64,000 bases of DNA from Trueperaceae bacterium (GTDB lineage: Bacteria; Deinococcota; Deinococci; Deinococcales; Trueperaceae): contig DASSXV010000010.1 of NCBI GenBank assembly GCA_035703635.1, positions 1 through 64,000 of the forward strand. The letters run 5' to 3'. Below the pieces are notes generated by a model, which saw only the letters and a list, made by a program, of their open reading frames with translations, was not told the DNA's origin and ran no database searches. The position numbers were made by a program, and so were the translations under genes. Positions 48,880 through 60,101 of this stretch are shown here, piece after piece (position 1 is the first letter of the stretch; the number at the start of each line of letters is the position of its first letter).

Positions 48880-51576
48880 ATGGTACCTGGATCACTGGGC
48901 CACCCCAACGCAACCGAAGCGCGCGCCTTAAGCCCATGGGCGGTCGAGGCGGCTGAGCTCCTCCAGACGTGGCGCGTCGACCAAGCCGAAGGCCTGAGCC
49001 CCGCGGAGGTCGAAGAGCGCCTCAGCGAGTACGGACCCAACACGCTCGAGTTCAAGCACGGCCCGGCCTGGTGGACGGTGCTCCTCAACCAGTTCAAGGG
49101 CGTGTTGACGTTGTTGTTGGGAGGGGCGGCCGGGCTCTCGGCGCTGTTCGGTCAGTGGGCTGAGGCCGTCGCCATCCTGGTCGTGCTCGCACTCAACGCG
49201 GGCATCGGCTTCGTCACTGAGCTGCGCGCGGCTCGCTCCGTCGAGGCGCTTAGGCGGCTCGGAGTGTCGCACGTGCGCGTCAGGCGCGGCGGCCACCTCG
49301 CTACGATCGAAGCGGACGACCTAGTGCCGGGCGACATCCTCGTGGTCGAGGCCGGCGACCTCGTGGGGGCGGACTCGCGCGTGATCAAGGCGAGCCGGTT
49401 GGAGGTCGACGAGTCGAGCCTGACTGGCGAGTCCGTGCCGGTCGCCAAGGCTACCGCCCCGGTCGCTTCCGCCACCCTCCTACCGGAGCGCACCCCGATG
49501 CTGCACAAGGGCACGCCGGTCACCCGCGGGACTGGCGAGGCCGTCGTGGTCGCAACAGGCATGGCTACCGAGCTCGGCCGCATCAGTGCCCTCGTTGACC
49601 GGGCAGCCCCGCAAGGCACGCCGCTCGAGGCGCGCCTCAACGATCTGGCCCAGCGCCTCGTGTGGCTGACCGTCGTCGTGGCGGTGGTGGTCACCCTCAC
49701 CGGGCTTCAGTCAGGCAAGGGGTGGCTGGTGCTGCTGCAGACGGCCATCGCGCTCGCAGTCGCGACGGTGCCGGAGGGTCTGCCGGTGATCGCCTCCCTT
49801 ACCCTGGCGCAAGGGGTGAGGCGCATGGCCAGCCGCAACGCCTTGGTCAACCGCCTCTCGGCGGTGGAGACGCTTGGCGCCACCAGCGTGATCATCACGG
49901 ACAAGACGGGCACGTTGACGGAGAACCGCATGCGCGTCGTCGAGTGGCGCCTACCGGGCGGAGAAGTGTCAACCGCTAACGGTGGTCAGCCGCGGCCGCT
50001 CAGCCAGGAGCTCGCCACTGAGCTGCACCTAGCGCTGACGGGCGCCGCGCTTTGTTGCACGGCGGAGTTGCCGGAAGTCGGGGGACGAGAGGGCGAAGGC
50101 GTTGGCGACCCGCTAGAGGTGGCGCTCCTGCTAGCGGCACGCGAGGCCGGGATCGAGCGCGGCGCCGCGCTGGCGCGGTTCCCTGAACGACGGCAGTTGG
50201 CGTTCGACTCAGTCACCCGGCTGATGGCAACGGCCCACGACCTCGGGGAGGGCGAGGTTTGGGTGCTGGTGAAGGGCGCGCCCGGCGAGGTGATCGCGGC
50301 CGCCACGAGCGTCGCGGCGGGCAGCGGACGCAGGCACCTCACTACGAGCGAGCGCACGCACTGGCTCGAAGAGAACAGGGCGTTGGCGGCGCGGGGCCTG
50401 CGCGTCATCGCCATAGCCGAGAAGGCAGCGGCGGGCGAGCCGACGGAGCCGTACGCAGACCTCTCGCTCATCGGCCTCGTCGGCCTCTCCGACCCGCCGC
50501 GCAAGGAGGTGAGCGCGGCGCTAGCTGGCCTTGACGCGGCTGGCATCAGGGTCGTGATGGCGACGGGCGATCAGGCAGTGACTGCTCGTCGCGTCGCGGA
50601 GCAAGTCGGCTTGACCGTGACGGGCGAGGTGCTCGACGGTCTCGCCGTCGCGCGTCTGCTGGCGGCGGGCGCGGCAGGTAGCGCCGAACTCTTGAACGCC
50701 TCCGTGCTCGCACGCGTGGCGCCGGAACAGAAGTTGCAACTCATAGCACTGCACCAGGGCGCGGGGCACGTCGTCGCCATGACGGGCGACGGCGTCAACG
50801 ACGCGCCAGCGTTACGCCGCGCCGACATCGGGGTCGCGATGGGGCTGCGGGGAACGGAGGTGGCGCGCGAAGCGGCAGACATGGTGTTGCTCGACGACGC
50901 TTTCGGCACCATCTTGGCCGCCGTCAAGGAGGGGCGCGTGATCTTCGACAACATCCGCGCTTTCGTCCTCTACCTGCTCTCTTGCAACCTCAGTGAAGTG
51001 ATGACCATAGGACTGGCCGGGCTGCTCGGCTACCCGCTGCCATTGCTGCCGTTGCAGATCCTCTTCCTCAACCTGGTGACGGACGTGCTCCCCGCGCTCG
51101 CCCTCGGGGCAGGGAGGGGAGACGTGCGTATCCTGGCGCGGCCGCCACGCCCAGCCAGTGAGCCGCTCTTGGCCCCACGCCACTGGCGCAGCGTCATCGG
51201 CTACGGAGCGCTACTGACGCTCAGCACGCTCGGCGCGTTCGAGCTGGCGTTCAGGCTGCCGGGGGCGACCAGCGGCACGGCCATTACCGTCGCGTTTCTG
51301 ACCTTGGCGCTCGGGCAGGTGTGGCACGTCTTCAACATGCGCGACCCAGGTAGTTCACTAGTCAACAACCAGGTGACTCGCAACCGCTTGGTGTGGGCCG
51401 CCGTCCTCACATGCAGCTTGATCGTCGCGCTGGCAGTAGCCTTACCTGGACTGCGGCAGGTGCTGGCGATCGAGCTCCTAGGCGCACGGGGCTGGACGCT
51501 CGTCGCCGTAGCAGGGCTGCTGCCGATGCTTCTCGGTCAGGTTGGCAAGGCCCTAGGCCTCGGGCGCGTCTCCTAG
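48880..51576 (+). CDS. P-type cation-transporting ATPase (type IIA, Ca2+-like)
   Basis: TGES, PEGL, DKTGTLT, KGAP, TGDGVNDAPAL, QILFLNLVTD. Confidence 0.93.
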   Translation: MVPGSLGHPNATEARALSPWAVEAAELLQTWRVDQAEGLSPAEVEERLSEYGPNTLEFKHGPAWWTVLLNQFKGVLTLLLGGAAGLSALFGQWAEAVAILVVLALNAGIGFVTELRAARSVEALRRLGVSHVRVRRGGHLATIEADDLVPGDILVVEAGDLVGADSRVIKASRLEVDESSLTGESVPVAKATAPVASATLLPERTPMLHKGTPVTRGTGEAVVVATGMATELGRISALVDRAAPQGTPLEARLNDLAQRLVWLTVVVAVVVTLTGLQSGKGWLVLLQTAIALAVATVPEGLPVIASLTLAQGVRRMASRNALVNRLSAVETLGATSVIITDKTGTLTENRMRVVEWRLPGGEVSTANGGQPRPLSQELATELHLALTGAALCCTAELPEVGGREGEGVGDPLEVALLLAAREAGIERGAALARFPERRQLAFDSVTRLMATAHDLGEGEVWVLVKGAPGEVIAAATSVAAGSGRRHLTTSERTHWLEENRALAARGLRVIAIAEKAAAGEPTEPYADLSLIGLVGLSDPPRKEVSAALAGLDAAGIRVVMATGDQAVTARRVAEQVGLTVTGEVLDGLAVARLLAAGAAGSAELLNASVLARVAPEQKLQLIALHQGAGHVVAMTGDGVNDAPALRRADIGVAMGLRGTEVAREAADMVLLDDAFGTILAAVKEGRVIFDNIRAFVLYLLSCNLSEVMTIGLAGLLGYPLPLLPLQILFLNLVTDVLPALALGAGRGDVRILARPPRPASEPLLAPRHWRSVIGYGALLTLSTLGAFELAFRLPGATSGTAITVAFLTLALGQVWHVFNMRDPGSSLVNNQVTRNRLVWAAVLTCSLIVALAVALPGLRQVLAIELLGARGWTLVAVAGLLPMLLGQVGKALGLGRVS

Positions 51577-51609
51577 CACGAAACGTGCCGCCGTCCTCGA
51601 CTCGTCTAA

Positions 51610-53442
51610 CTACGGGGCCCGCGCGAGGTCGGGGGCCAGCAGCGCTAGCGCTGCCGCCAGGCGGTAAGCGTCGCCGCGCGTGAGCGTGGCAGGTGGAGAG
51701 GCGAAGTCGATCAAACCAGCTGCCATCAGGTCAGTCCAGTTGCTGGCGCCAGCGCAGTCGCCGAGGTCGCAAGCTGCTTGCGCGAGTAGTTGCGCGGCTA
51801 AGTCGCTCGTAAGCGGCGTCGCGCCGTCTCCCAGCGTCAGCTCGAGCGCGAAGGCAGCCAACGCCGTACTGAACTCAGATCGGTAATAGAAGCGGGTCGC
51901 GACGTTGCCGAGCAGATACGCGAACGAGATGGCGCTGACCGGTGCGTCTAGTTTCGGGTCGTTCTCGTACCCTCCCACGGCCAAGCCGCGAGCCACCAGC
52001 ACGCGGAACGCAGAGTATGCAGGGTGCTTGGTCGGCCCTACTGCCGGGCGCGGGCGCACGTCGGGGAGGAGCGCGCCTCGCGCTTGCAGGCGGTCGCGCA
52101 CTAGCGAGATGAGGTCTTCGCCGTGAGCCACCTGGCTGGCAGGCACACCCAAGCGCACTGACGTGGCGGCCGCCACCCCGGCAGCCTCCGCCATCGCCAT
52201 GCCGAACGGCACGACGCGCGCGGACGCGAACGCGACGGGGTCGTAACCTGCGCTTCTGCCAACGACCCACAGGTCATCGACACTCGCCGTAACGAGCATG
52301 CACAGGCGTCCGCCGTAGATCTCCGGCGTGCCCCACACGAACCCGGAATCGTACGGGGTGAAGCTCTGAGCGTCTAGCGGGTAACCGCCAGCTGCGACGT
52401 CCTGCGCCGTCACGACGTTCGAGAGGGTGTCGTCTGCGCTGAGGATGCAGTCCGCGAGGAGGTGGCGCGACTCGCGCACGTACAACTCCGTGGCGGCTCC
52501 CGCCAGCCGCGCCTGCTTGAACCCCGGTAGGTGCTCGCGCAAGTAGGCGATGATCTCCTCGCCCTCAGCCAAGCCGATGACGCGGCCCGCTGCCAGGCTG
52601 GCTGGGTCGAGTGGGTCCAGCCCGTAGATGAGGAGCGCGTTCACTAGCACGCTGCCATCTACCTGCAGTCCGAGATTGAGGCCACGCAGACGCGTCCTGC
52701 TCGATGTCGGCACGTAGGCGGCGGGCACGCCTCCGAAGTGCCCCCACGCCACCGTGTCACGCATGCTGGCGTACGCCTTGCCCTGTGCGGATACCCCGCG
52801 CTTGAGGGCGGCCCAATCGACGCCTGCGACGTTCAGCACCAGGGTGTCTGCCTGGCGCTGGGCAACGCCGAAGCGCTCCCACCCGAAGTCGAACGGCGCA
52901 CCTGCCTTGGCGGCCAGGTCGGCGTCCGCGCTGGCGTCGATCACTTGAATGGCGTTGACGGCCACGCCCTCGTCTGTCAAGGTCACGCCGCGCAACGCGC
53001 CGTCGACGAAGCGTGGCTCGACGGGTCCCGCGCCGAGCCACAACTCGACGCCTGCTTCGGCCAAGAGCCTGATGAACGCACGCTCTGCCGTCAACACGTC
53101 GAAGGCGTCGTGAGCGCCGACCTGGCGCCACCAGCGTCCGAAGATGCCGCGCTGGTAGTTGAAGGGCTGGGTCCGCATGTCCAGCATGTTGAGTTCGCCG
53201 AGCACGAACAGGCCACCGACGCGCTCGTCGCGCGACACGAGTAGTGTCCGCGCGCCCTCCTCGGCCGCGCCGATCGCTGCCGCGATCCCCTCCGGCTCAC
53301 TGCCGTAAACGACGACGTCGAAGTACGCAACGCCGCCGGTACCGGGATCGCTGGGGCCAAGCTGCGTCCTGGCCGCCAAGGCCGTGTAAGAGAGGAGGGC
53401 GAGGATCACGATGGCGACCCGCGCTAACGCGCTGCGCTTCAC
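51610..53442 (-). CDS. FAD-dependent oxidoreductase with signal-like N-terminus and SLH-like C-terminus
   Basis: DVVVYGSEPEGIAAAI, IDASADADLA, LYVRESRH, YPLD, SARVVP.GMA; C-terminal LVARGLAVGGYEND..LDAPVS. Confidence 0.8.
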   Translation of the reverse strand: MKRSALARVAIVILALLSYTALAARTQLGPSDPGTGGVAYFDVVVYGSEPEGIAAAIGAAEEGARTLLVSRDERVGGLFVLGELNMLDMRTQPFNYQRGIFGRWWRQVGAHDAFDVLTAERAFIRLLAEAGVELWLGAGPVEPRFVDGALRGVTLTDEGVAVNAIQVIDASADADLAAKAGAPFDFGWERFGVAQRQADTLVLNVAGVDWAALKRGVSAQGKAYASMRDTVAWGHFGGVPAAYVPTSSRTRLRGLNLGLQVDGSVLVNALLIYGLDPLDPASLAAGRVIGLAEGEEIIAYLREHLPGFKQARLAGAATELYVRESRHLLADCILSADDTLSNVVTAQDVAAGGYPLDAQSFTPYDSGFVWGTPEIYGGRLCMLVTASVDDLWVVGRSAGYDPVAFASARVVPFGMAMAEAAGVAAATSVRLGVPASQVAHGEDLISLVRDRLQARGALLPDVRPRPAVGPTKHPAYSAFRVLVARGLAVGGYENDPKLDAPVSAISFAYLLGNVATRFYYRSEFSTALAAFALELTLGDGATPLTSDLAAQLLAQAACDLGDCAGASNWTDLMAAGLIDFASPPATLTRGDAYRLAAALALLAPDLARAP

Positions 53443-54602
53443 TACTCGTGCCTCCCACGCCCGCGCGGCACCAACTCGTCGACGATGGTCGCCACCACCG
53501 TCATCGCCGCGTCGGGCCGCGCGAGCTCGGCGCAGTTGGCGCGCATCTCGGCTAAGCGCTCAGGCGCTTCCAGTAGGCGCCTTAGCTTGTGGCCGAGGGT
53601 GGCGATAGGCTCGACGCGCACGGCCACACCATGCTCGAGGAGCACGTTGGCGTTGACTTCCTCCTGCAGGGGGTAAGGACTCACGAGCATCAGCGGCAGG
53701 CCAGACGCCAGCGCCTCGCTGCTCGTCAACCCGCCTGGTTTGCTCACGAGGATGTCGGCGGCGGCCATGCGCGTTGCCATGTCGTTGACGAGGCCGTTGA
53801 CTGAGAAGGAGACGGGCGCCTGAACACGATCGACGTACGAGCGCGCCAGGCTCAGCAGGTCCGGACTGCGGCCGCACACCACGACGACGTGGAGGGGCCA
53901 CCTGAAATCGATGAGCTGGTCGAGTATTCCCTTCAGCGTCACGGCTCCAAGGCCGCTAGCGAGCAGGAGCAGGACCTCGCGGTCTAGCGGCGCGCCGATC
54001 GCGGCGCGCGCCTCGGCGCGGGTGGGTGGGTTCGTGAACGCGGTGCCGATCGGGATGCCAGTGACGCGAATGCGATGGTCGTTGACCCCGGCCGCCATGA
54101 GTTGCGCACGCACGTCGTCAGAAGCGACGAAGTAGCGCGCGATACCCGGCTGCAACCAGAAGGCGTGCGCGGCGAAGTCGGTGATGACCTCCGCCTGCGG
54201 GAGTGGACGGTGGCGCCGTATGCGGCCGGAGACGATCTCGGCCCCAAGGAAGTGCGTGTGCACCACTACGTCCGGCTTGTAGCGGTCGATGATGCCTGGA
54301 ACTTCGTATGACAACATGCGAGTGACGCGCGCCCGTAGGCGCTGCTGCACGTTCTTGAACTCGCTTGGCCTGCGATCGAGGTGCCTGCCAACCCACTCGA
54401 CGAGGTCAGGCACCGTCCTTACGAGGTCGAAGTACGCCTGCCTGTACAGCCGCCTGAAAGGCACTGCGGTGTACTCGAGGAGGTCGACGTGGGTGCTGGC
54501 GACTTCTTGGGCCGCGCACGCAGCTTGCAGGGCGTTCGCGGCGGCGACGTGACCGCCACCGATAGAAGCCGACAGGATCAGCACGCGGGGCCGGTCAGTC
54601 AC
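53442..54602 (-). CDS. MGDG-synthase/UgtP-like glycosyltransferase (GT28)
   Basis: SASIGGGH, HTHF, VITDF..H.FW, VTGIPI, SKPGGLTSSE, QEEVNA; GTG 54602 with TATGCT 6 nt upstream. Confidence 0.9.
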   Translation of the reverse strand: MTDRPRVLILSASIGGGHVAAANALQAACAAQEVASTHVDLLEYTAVPFRRLYRQAYFDLVRTVPDLVEWVGRHLDRRPSEFKNVQQRLRARVTRMLSYEVPGIIDRYKPDVVVHTHFLGAEIVSGRIRRHRPLPQAEVITDFAAHAFWLQPGIARYFVASDDVRAQLMAAGVNDHRIRVTGIPIGTAFTNPPTRAEARAAIGAPLDREVLLLLASGLGAVTLKGILDQLIDFRWPLHVVVVCGRSPDLLSLARSYVDRVQAPVSFSVNGLVNDMATRMAAADILVSKPGGLTSSEALASGLPLMLVSPYPLQEEVNANVLLEHGVAVRVEPIATLGHKLRRLLEAPERLAEMRANCAELARPDAAMTVVATIVDELVPRGRGRHE

Positions 54603-54704
54603 GGCCGGAGCATAGCAAGGCCACCGACCGCCGGCCAAATCGCCTCGGCTTCTCCCTCAGACGCCTCAGTAAGACCGGGTGATAGCATCGCGGAGGAGGC
54701 TCAG

Positions 54705-55784
54705 ATGCTACGAGTCGGGTCGGTGGTCGCCATCACCTTGTTGTTCCTTGGAGGTTGTGCGCCAACTACGGCGCCCAAGATGCACGACCTTTACGTCTAC
54801 GGCGTGGACAACGCGCGCTACTCGTACTTCTACGGCGAGCCGACGCAGCTCGTATACGCGGGCCAGACGCTGTCTTTGACCACCAAGGAGGGCGCCGTCG
54901 CTAGGGCGCCTCAGCAGTTCGAAGTCACTGGCACGCTGGCGGTCGACGGCAAGCCGTTCCTGCGCGAGGCGCTGGCGCCGCTTGACGTGCCGCCCGTGAC
55001 CGTCAGCCGCATCCCTTTCACCACCGACATGCTCGTTACGGTTGGCAGCAACGTCTCCGAGGTCATCTATTACGACGGCCAGTCGTTCCTGCGCCTCATG
55101 CTCGAGGGCGAGGCAGGCACGGTGCAGCGCGTCGTGCCGCGACCGCGCCTCAACCTGTTACGTGGCCTTGGTGAACTCACCACGGCGGAAGCGGACGCCC
55201 TCGCGAGCGCCTTGAGGGCCCGCGGCGGGCCGTTCGCGCTGGCGCTGCTACCGACCGCCTCGCTGCCGCCGCACCCCGTCGACGGGCTCGGGGAACAACG
55301 CCGCACCGGGGTTTACGTGCAGCGCGACATCGCGGTCGACACGTCCGCCGCCGCCACGGCGCCCGAGGAGCTCGCGTGGGACGTGGTGGCGCAAGGCAAT
55401 CAGGCCGTCGGCTTCACGTCGGCCACGTACCGCATGGTGTCGAACCGCGAGCAGCTGATCTCGCTGTGGCAACAGGCGTACGGCAGTCAGCTGAGCGTGC
55501 CGCCGGTGCCGGAGCTGGACTTCCGTCGAGAGACCGTCGTTGCACTGTTCCTAGGCACGAAGTCGAGCGGCGGTTACGGCGTGCGGGTCATCGACGTGCG
55601 AGACGAGCAGGGCGAGCTGTACCTCGACCTGCAGTTCACGGAGCCTGGCCCTGGCAGCATCACGACGCAGGCGCTCACTAGCCCGTGGTTGATCGTGCGC
55701 GTGCAGCGCGGCGGCTACTCGGCGGCCTGGCTACGTGACGACGCCAGCGGCAACCTCGTTGGCGTTGCCCGCATGGACCAGTGA
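54705..55784 (+). CDS. Lipoprotein with C-terminal PrcB-like domain
   Basis: SD GGAGGAGG, lipobox LGGC, LFLGTKSSGGYGV...TQALTSPW. Confidence 0.8.
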   Translation: MLRVGSVVAITLLFLGGCAPTTAPKMHDLYVYGVDNARYSYFYGEPTQLVYAGQTLSLTTKEGAVARAPQQFEVTGTLAVDGKPFLREALAPLDVPPVTVSRIPFTTDMLVTVGSNVSEVIYYDGQSFLRLMLEGEAGTVQRVVPRPRLNLLRGLGELTTAEADALASALRARGGPFALALLPTASLPPHPVDGLGEQRRTGVYVQRDIAVDTSAAATAPEELAWDVVAQGNQAVGFTSATYRMVSNREQLISLWQQAYGSQLSVPPVPELDFRRETVVALFLGTKSSGGYGVRVIDVRDEQGELYLDLQFTEPGPGSITTQALTSPWLIVRVQRGGYSAAWLRDDASGNLVGVARMDQ

Positions 55785-55808
55785 CGCCTGCCTGCCCGCA
55801 AGGCGCGA

Positions 55809-56957
55809 TCAGGTGAGCGCGAGCGGGTCGAACAGCCTGCGGTACTCCTCGTTCGCGTAACGGTCCGTCATGCCCGAGATGTAGTCGGTTATGGCGCGTT
55901 CGAGGCCGAGGTCAGGCACTTGGCGCGCCACGTCTGGCGGCAGCATGGCCGGCGTTTCAACGTACGCATGGTAGATGCGCTCGAGCACGAGGTGCGCCTT
56001 GCGCGTCATGCGGATGAGGCGGTGGTGGAAGTAGAAGTTAGAGTAGAGGTAATCCTTTAGCAGCGCTAGTTCGCGCGCCATGCCGTCGGACGGCGCGAGC
56101 AGCTTGCTGGCGGCGTTGCGCACGTCAGCCAGCGACTTCACGCCGTGGTCGGCCAAGCGCGCATGCGTCGCGTGCACGACGTCGGTGATCACGTCACCCA
56201 AGAGCTCGCGGATAAGGACGTAACGCTGCCCAGAGTCGAAGCGTTCAATGCTTAGCCCGAGGCGGCTGAACAGCTCGCCGATGATGGGAACCTCGACGAC
56301 GCCGAGGGGCGTCAGGTGACCAGAGCGGAGGCCGTCGTCGAGGTCGTGGGCGTTGTACGCCACCTCATCAGCCACGTTGACGACCTGCGCCTCGAGCGAC
56401 GGCTGCACGTCGGGCTCCCAACTGGGGTCGGGCACGTCGTAAGTCGTCTCGTGCTTCATGATGCCTTCTAGCGTCTCCCACGTCAGGTTCAGGCCGGGGA
56501 AGCCGGGGTAGCGCCGCTCCAGCTTGGTGACGATGCGCAATGACTGCCTGTTATGGTCGAAGCCGCCAACGGCCGCGGCCAAGCTATCGAGCGCCTTCTC
56601 CCCAGCGTGCCCGAACGGCGGGTGCCCGAGGTCGTGCGCTAGCGCGATCGTCTCGCTGAGGTCTTCGTTGAGGCCAAGCGCGCGCGCGATGCTAGTCGCC
56701 ACCTGCGCCACCTCGAGGGTGTGGGTGAGGCGCGTGCGGTAGTAGTCGCCCTCGTAGTTGACGAACACTTGCGTCTTGTACTCGAGCCGCCTGAAGGCGC
56801 TCGTGTGCACGACGCGGTCGCGGTCCTTCTGGAAGGCCGTACGGTAGGCGCTCTCGCCCTCAGGGTGGATGCGTCCGCGCGACTCCACGGCTAGGGAAGC
56901 GTAAGGCGCCAACGTCAGTCGTTCGTTGCGCTCGAGCTGTTCACGCGTCATCAACAT
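55809..56957 (-). CDS. dgt: Deoxyguanosinetriphosphate triphosphohydrolase
   Basis: DRDRVVH..AFRRL.YKTQVF, RTRLTHTLEV, HDLGHPPFGHAGE, DYISGMTD. Confidence 0.94.
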   Translation of the reverse strand: MLMTREQLERNERLTLAPYASLAVESRGRIHPEGESAYRTAFQKDRDRVVHTSAFRRLEYKTQVFVNYEGDYYRTRLTHTLEVAQVATSIARALGLNEDLSETIALAHDLGHPPFGHAGEKALDSLAAAVGGFDHNRQSLRIVTKLERRYPGFPGLNLTWETLEGIMKHETTYDVPDPSWEPDVQPSLEAQVVNVADEVAYNAHDLDDGLRSGHLTPLGVVEVPIIGELFSRLGLSIERFDSGQRYVLIRELLGDVITDVVHATHARLADHGVKSLADVRNAASKLLAPSDGMARELALLKDYLYSNFYFHHRLIRMTRKAHLVLERIYHAYVETPAMLPPDVARQVPDLGLERAITDYISGMTDRYANEEYRRLFDPLALT

Positions 56958-56979
56958 GGTGGCGGTACCATACCAACCC

Positions 56980-57750
56980 ATGCCCCTAGATCTCGATGCT
57001 CTCCTACGCACTTGCGTGCAGACTACCTACGAAGCGGGCCGCCTCACGCTCGGCTACTTCGGCACCGACCCGCAAGTCGAGTTCAAGCCGGACGACTCGC
57101 CCGTGACCCAGGCCGACAAGGCGGCGGAGGAGTTGATCAGGGCGCGACTCGAGGCCGCCTACCCCGACCATGGCATCGTCGGCGAGGAGTGGGGCAGGGT
57201 GCGCGACGGCTCTGAACTCAAGTGGTTCATCGACCCGATCGACGGCACGAAGAGCTTCATGCGCGGCGTGCCGCTCTACGCCGTGCTGCTCGGTTTGGAG
57301 GCCGCTGGCGAGGTAGTTGTCGGCGCGGCTTACTTTCCTGCCCTCGGCGAGATGTTGTGCGCCGCCAAGGGGAAGGGGGCGCAACTCAACGGCCGGCAAG
57401 TGAAGGTGCGCGGCACGCTGACGTTGGCGCGCTCGTTCGTGTCGTTCACGGATGCTGGCTCGTTCGAGGCAGCCGGCCGCGGCGCCGCCTGGGAGCGCGT
57501 CAAGGCCGCCAGCTACTACCGCGTCGGCTGGTCAGACGCGTACGGCCACGCGCTCGTTGCGTCCGGGCGGCTAGAGCTGATGCTCGACCCGGTGCTCAAC
57601 CCTTACGACGCCAGCCCCTTCGGGGTGATCCTCCCAGAGGCCGGCGGCTACTTCGGCGACTGGGCTGGCAACCCAGGCATTCACGGCGGCGAAGGGTTGA
57701 GCACTTCATTGCAGCTCCTACCAGAGGTCCTCGAGCTCCTAGCCGATTGA
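56980..57750 (+). CDS. Inositol-monophosphatase family, histidinol-phosphatase HisN-like
   Basis: [33 protein letters not shown]. Confidence 0.85.
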   Translation: MPLDLDALLRTCVQTTYEAGRLTLGYFGTDPQVEFKPDDSPVTQADKAAEELIRARLEAAYPDHGIVGEEWGRVRDGSELKWFIDPIDGTKSFMRGVPLYAVLLGLEAAGEVVVGAAYFPALGEMLCAAKGKGAQLNGRQVKVRGTLTLARSFVSFTDAGSFEAAGRGAAWERVKAASYYRVGWSDAYGHALVASGRLELMLDPVLNPYDASPFGVILPEAGGYFGDWAGNPGIHGGEGLSTSLQLLPEVLELLAD

Positions 57751-57805
57751 GTTACGCTCATGCCCTGACCGTCCACCGTTGAAGGCGGTAGTAAGCTCTT
57801 GGCAG

Positions 57806-59035
57806 ATGGACCTCACCCTTAGACGCTCGACCCCAACTACTTGGATCGGTAACGTCGCCATCGGCAGTGGCCACCCGGTCGTGGTTCAGTCGATGACGAA
57901 CACAGACACGGCGGACGCCGCCGCAACCGCCGAGCAGGTCGCTACCTTGTGGCGTGCGGGCAGCGAGATCGTGCGCGTTACGGTAAATGACGCCCGTGCA
58001 GCCGCCGCGATTCCAGAGATCAGGCAGCGCCTAGACGACCTAGGCGTGACGGCGCCGCTGGTAGGCGACTTCCACTACAACGGGCACCAACTCCTCACCG
58101 CCTACCCGGCTTCGGCGGCGGCGTTGGACAAGTACCGCATCAACCCAGGCAACGTCGGGCCAGGGAAGCGCCACGACGAGAACTTCCTGACCATCATCGA
58201 CGTCGCCATCGAGCACGCCAAACCAGTGCGCATCGGGGTCAACTGGGGGTCCCTCGACCAGAACCTGCTAACGCAGATGATGGACGAGAACGGCAGGCTG
58301 GCAACGCCAGCGCCAGGTCACGAAGTGTTGATCGAGGCGCTCATCGCCTCGGCGCTCCTCTCGGCGACGGCAGCTGAAGAGCACGGCCTCGGGCACGACC
58401 GCATCGTCATCAGCGCCAAGGTGAGCACGGTCCGCGACCTGTGGGAGGTCTACCGCCGCCTTGCGGCGCGCTGCGACTACCCGCTCCACCTTGGACTGAC
58501 GGAGGCTGGCATGGGCGTGAAGGGCACGGTCGCCAGCACGGCCGCGCTCGCCCCACTGTTGGCCGAGGGTATCGGCGACACCATCAGGGTCTCGCTAACG
58601 CCAGACCCAGGCGCTCCGCGTGAACGTGAGGTAGAGATCGCCCAAGAGGTGCTGCAGGCGCTCGATCTGCGGCGCTTCGCCCCGACCGTCACCGCCTGTC
58701 CGGGTTGCGGTCGCACGACGAGCACGCTCTTCCAGGAGATGGCGCGCGACATTCAGGCGCACCTCAAGTCTGCGATGCCAGGCTGGAAGGACGTCTACCC
58801 AGGGGTCGAGGGTTTGCGCGTGGCCGTCATGGGTTGCGTCGTGAACGGGCCGGGCGAGTCCAAGCACGCAGACATCGGCATCAGCTTGCCGGGAACGGGC
58901 GAGGCGCCTAGAGCCCCCGTCTACCAGGACGGCAAGCTCCTCACGACCTTGCAGGGACCGCGGATCGCGGCGGACTTCAACGACTTGCTTGACGCCTACG
59001 TGCGCCAACGTTTCGGCGCCGTTACTGCCGACTAG
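57806..59035 (+). CDS. ispG: (E)-4-hydroxy-3-methylbut-2-enyl-diphosphate synthase
   Basis: [47 protein letters not shown]. Confidence 0.97.
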   Translation: MDLTLRRSTPTTWIGNVAIGSGHPVVVQSMTNTDTADAAATAEQVATLWRAGSEIVRVTVNDARAAAAIPEIRQRLDDLGVTAPLVGDFHYNGHQLLTAYPASAAALDKYRINPGNVGPGKRHDENFLTIIDVAIEHAKPVRIGVNWGSLDQNLLTQMMDENGRLATPAPGHEVLIEALIASALLSATAAEEHGLGHDRIVISAKVSTVRDLWEVYRRLAARCDYPLHLGLTEAGMGVKGTVASTAALAPLLAEGIGDTIRVSLTPDPGAPREREVEIAQEVLQALDLRRFAPTVTACPGCGRTTSTLFQEMARDIQAHLKSAMPGWKDVYPGVEGLRVAVMGCVVNGPGESKHADIGISLPGTGEAPRAPVYQDGKLLTTLQGPRIAADFNDLLDAYVRQRFGAVTAD

Positions 59036-60101
59036 CGGTCACTTGCTCCACCTGGTCGTTCTTCACTAACAGGCGTTGGGTTGGCGGGGCGAACTCCAGC
59101 CCCACCTCCGTGAAGCGCTGGTAGAGCGTCAAGTAGATGGCTTGCCGCGTGCTCATGAACAGGCCGTAGTCCGGCTCCTTCATGTAATAGACCGTTTCGT
59201 AGTTGAGGACGCCGCTAGCGAGCGACGTCAGGTGGGCGCGGTCGAAGCGTGCGGTCTCCTGCGCCGTCACCGCCTCCTCGATGATCTGCGGCACTTGCGC
59301 CACCAGCGCGACCGGCGCGCCGGCCGTCAACCCGAACGTCAACACCGCGCGCCTGTCGCCCATGCGCTTGTAGTTGCGGATGCGGCTAGCGAGGAGGTCG
59401 CGGTTGCCGATCACGAGCTGCTCGCCTGACACGCTGCGCAGCCGCGTCGTGCGGAGGCCGACGTGCTCGACGTTGCCTTGCATGTCGTCGACGGTGATCG
59501 AGTCGCCAAGCTCGAATGGCTTGTCGAAGTGGATGGAGAGCGAGGCGAACAGGTCGGCGAGGATGTTCTGTAACGCCAACGCCACCGCGATCGACGTGAC
59601 TCCAAGGCCAGCTACGAGCGCGGAGACGTTGACGCCCAAGTTATCGAGGGCGAGGAGCGTGAAGACGACGATGATGACGAGCTGGCCGAGGAACGCGGCG
59701 GCGGAGAGGGGAGCCCCAGAGCCAGCCGCCAGCCGCGCTCCGCTCCTGGCCAGCAGGAGACGGTTCAAGATGGCGACCGCCCAACGCGCCGCCTGGGCGA
59801 ACACGGTGATGGTGAGGACCTTCTCCACCAACGATCGCGCGGTTGGCCCGACCTGGAGCACGAGCGCGCCGACGTAGACGGCCAGTACGAGCAGGAACAG
59901 GAACCAGGTCGTCGAGAAGAGCGCATGTGCCGCGTTGGTCACCGCGGATGCCTGCTCCCGCGCTGCCGCCTTGGCGAACTGCCTGGTAAGCAGGCGACGC
60001 GCCACGAGGAGCACGAACAGCATGGCGACGGCCACCGTTACGGCCATCAGCCAGTCGGGTAGCGAGCGTTGAAGGTCTGCTGGGTCGACAGTTGGTGTCA
60101 T
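59022..60101 (-). CDS. MscS-family mechanosensitive channel
   Basis: [37 protein letters not shown]. Confidence 0.92.
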   Translation of the reverse strand: MTPTVDPADLQRSLPDWLMAVTVAVAMLFVLLVARRLLTRQFAKAAAREQASAVTNAAHALFSTTWFLFLLVLAVYVGALVLQVGPTARSLVEKVLTITVFAQAARWAVAILNRLLLARSGARLAAGSGAPLSAAAFLGQLVIIVVFTLLALDNLGVNVSALVAGLGVTSIAVALALQNILADLFASLSIHFDKPFELGDSITVDDMQGNVEHVGLRTTRLRSVSGEQLVIGNRDLLASRIRNYKRMGDRRAVLTFGLTAGAPVALVAQVPQIIEEAVTAQETARFDRAHLTSLASGVLNYETVYYMKEPDYGLFMSTRQAIYLTLYQRFTEVGLEFAPPTQRLLVKNDQVEQVTASRQ

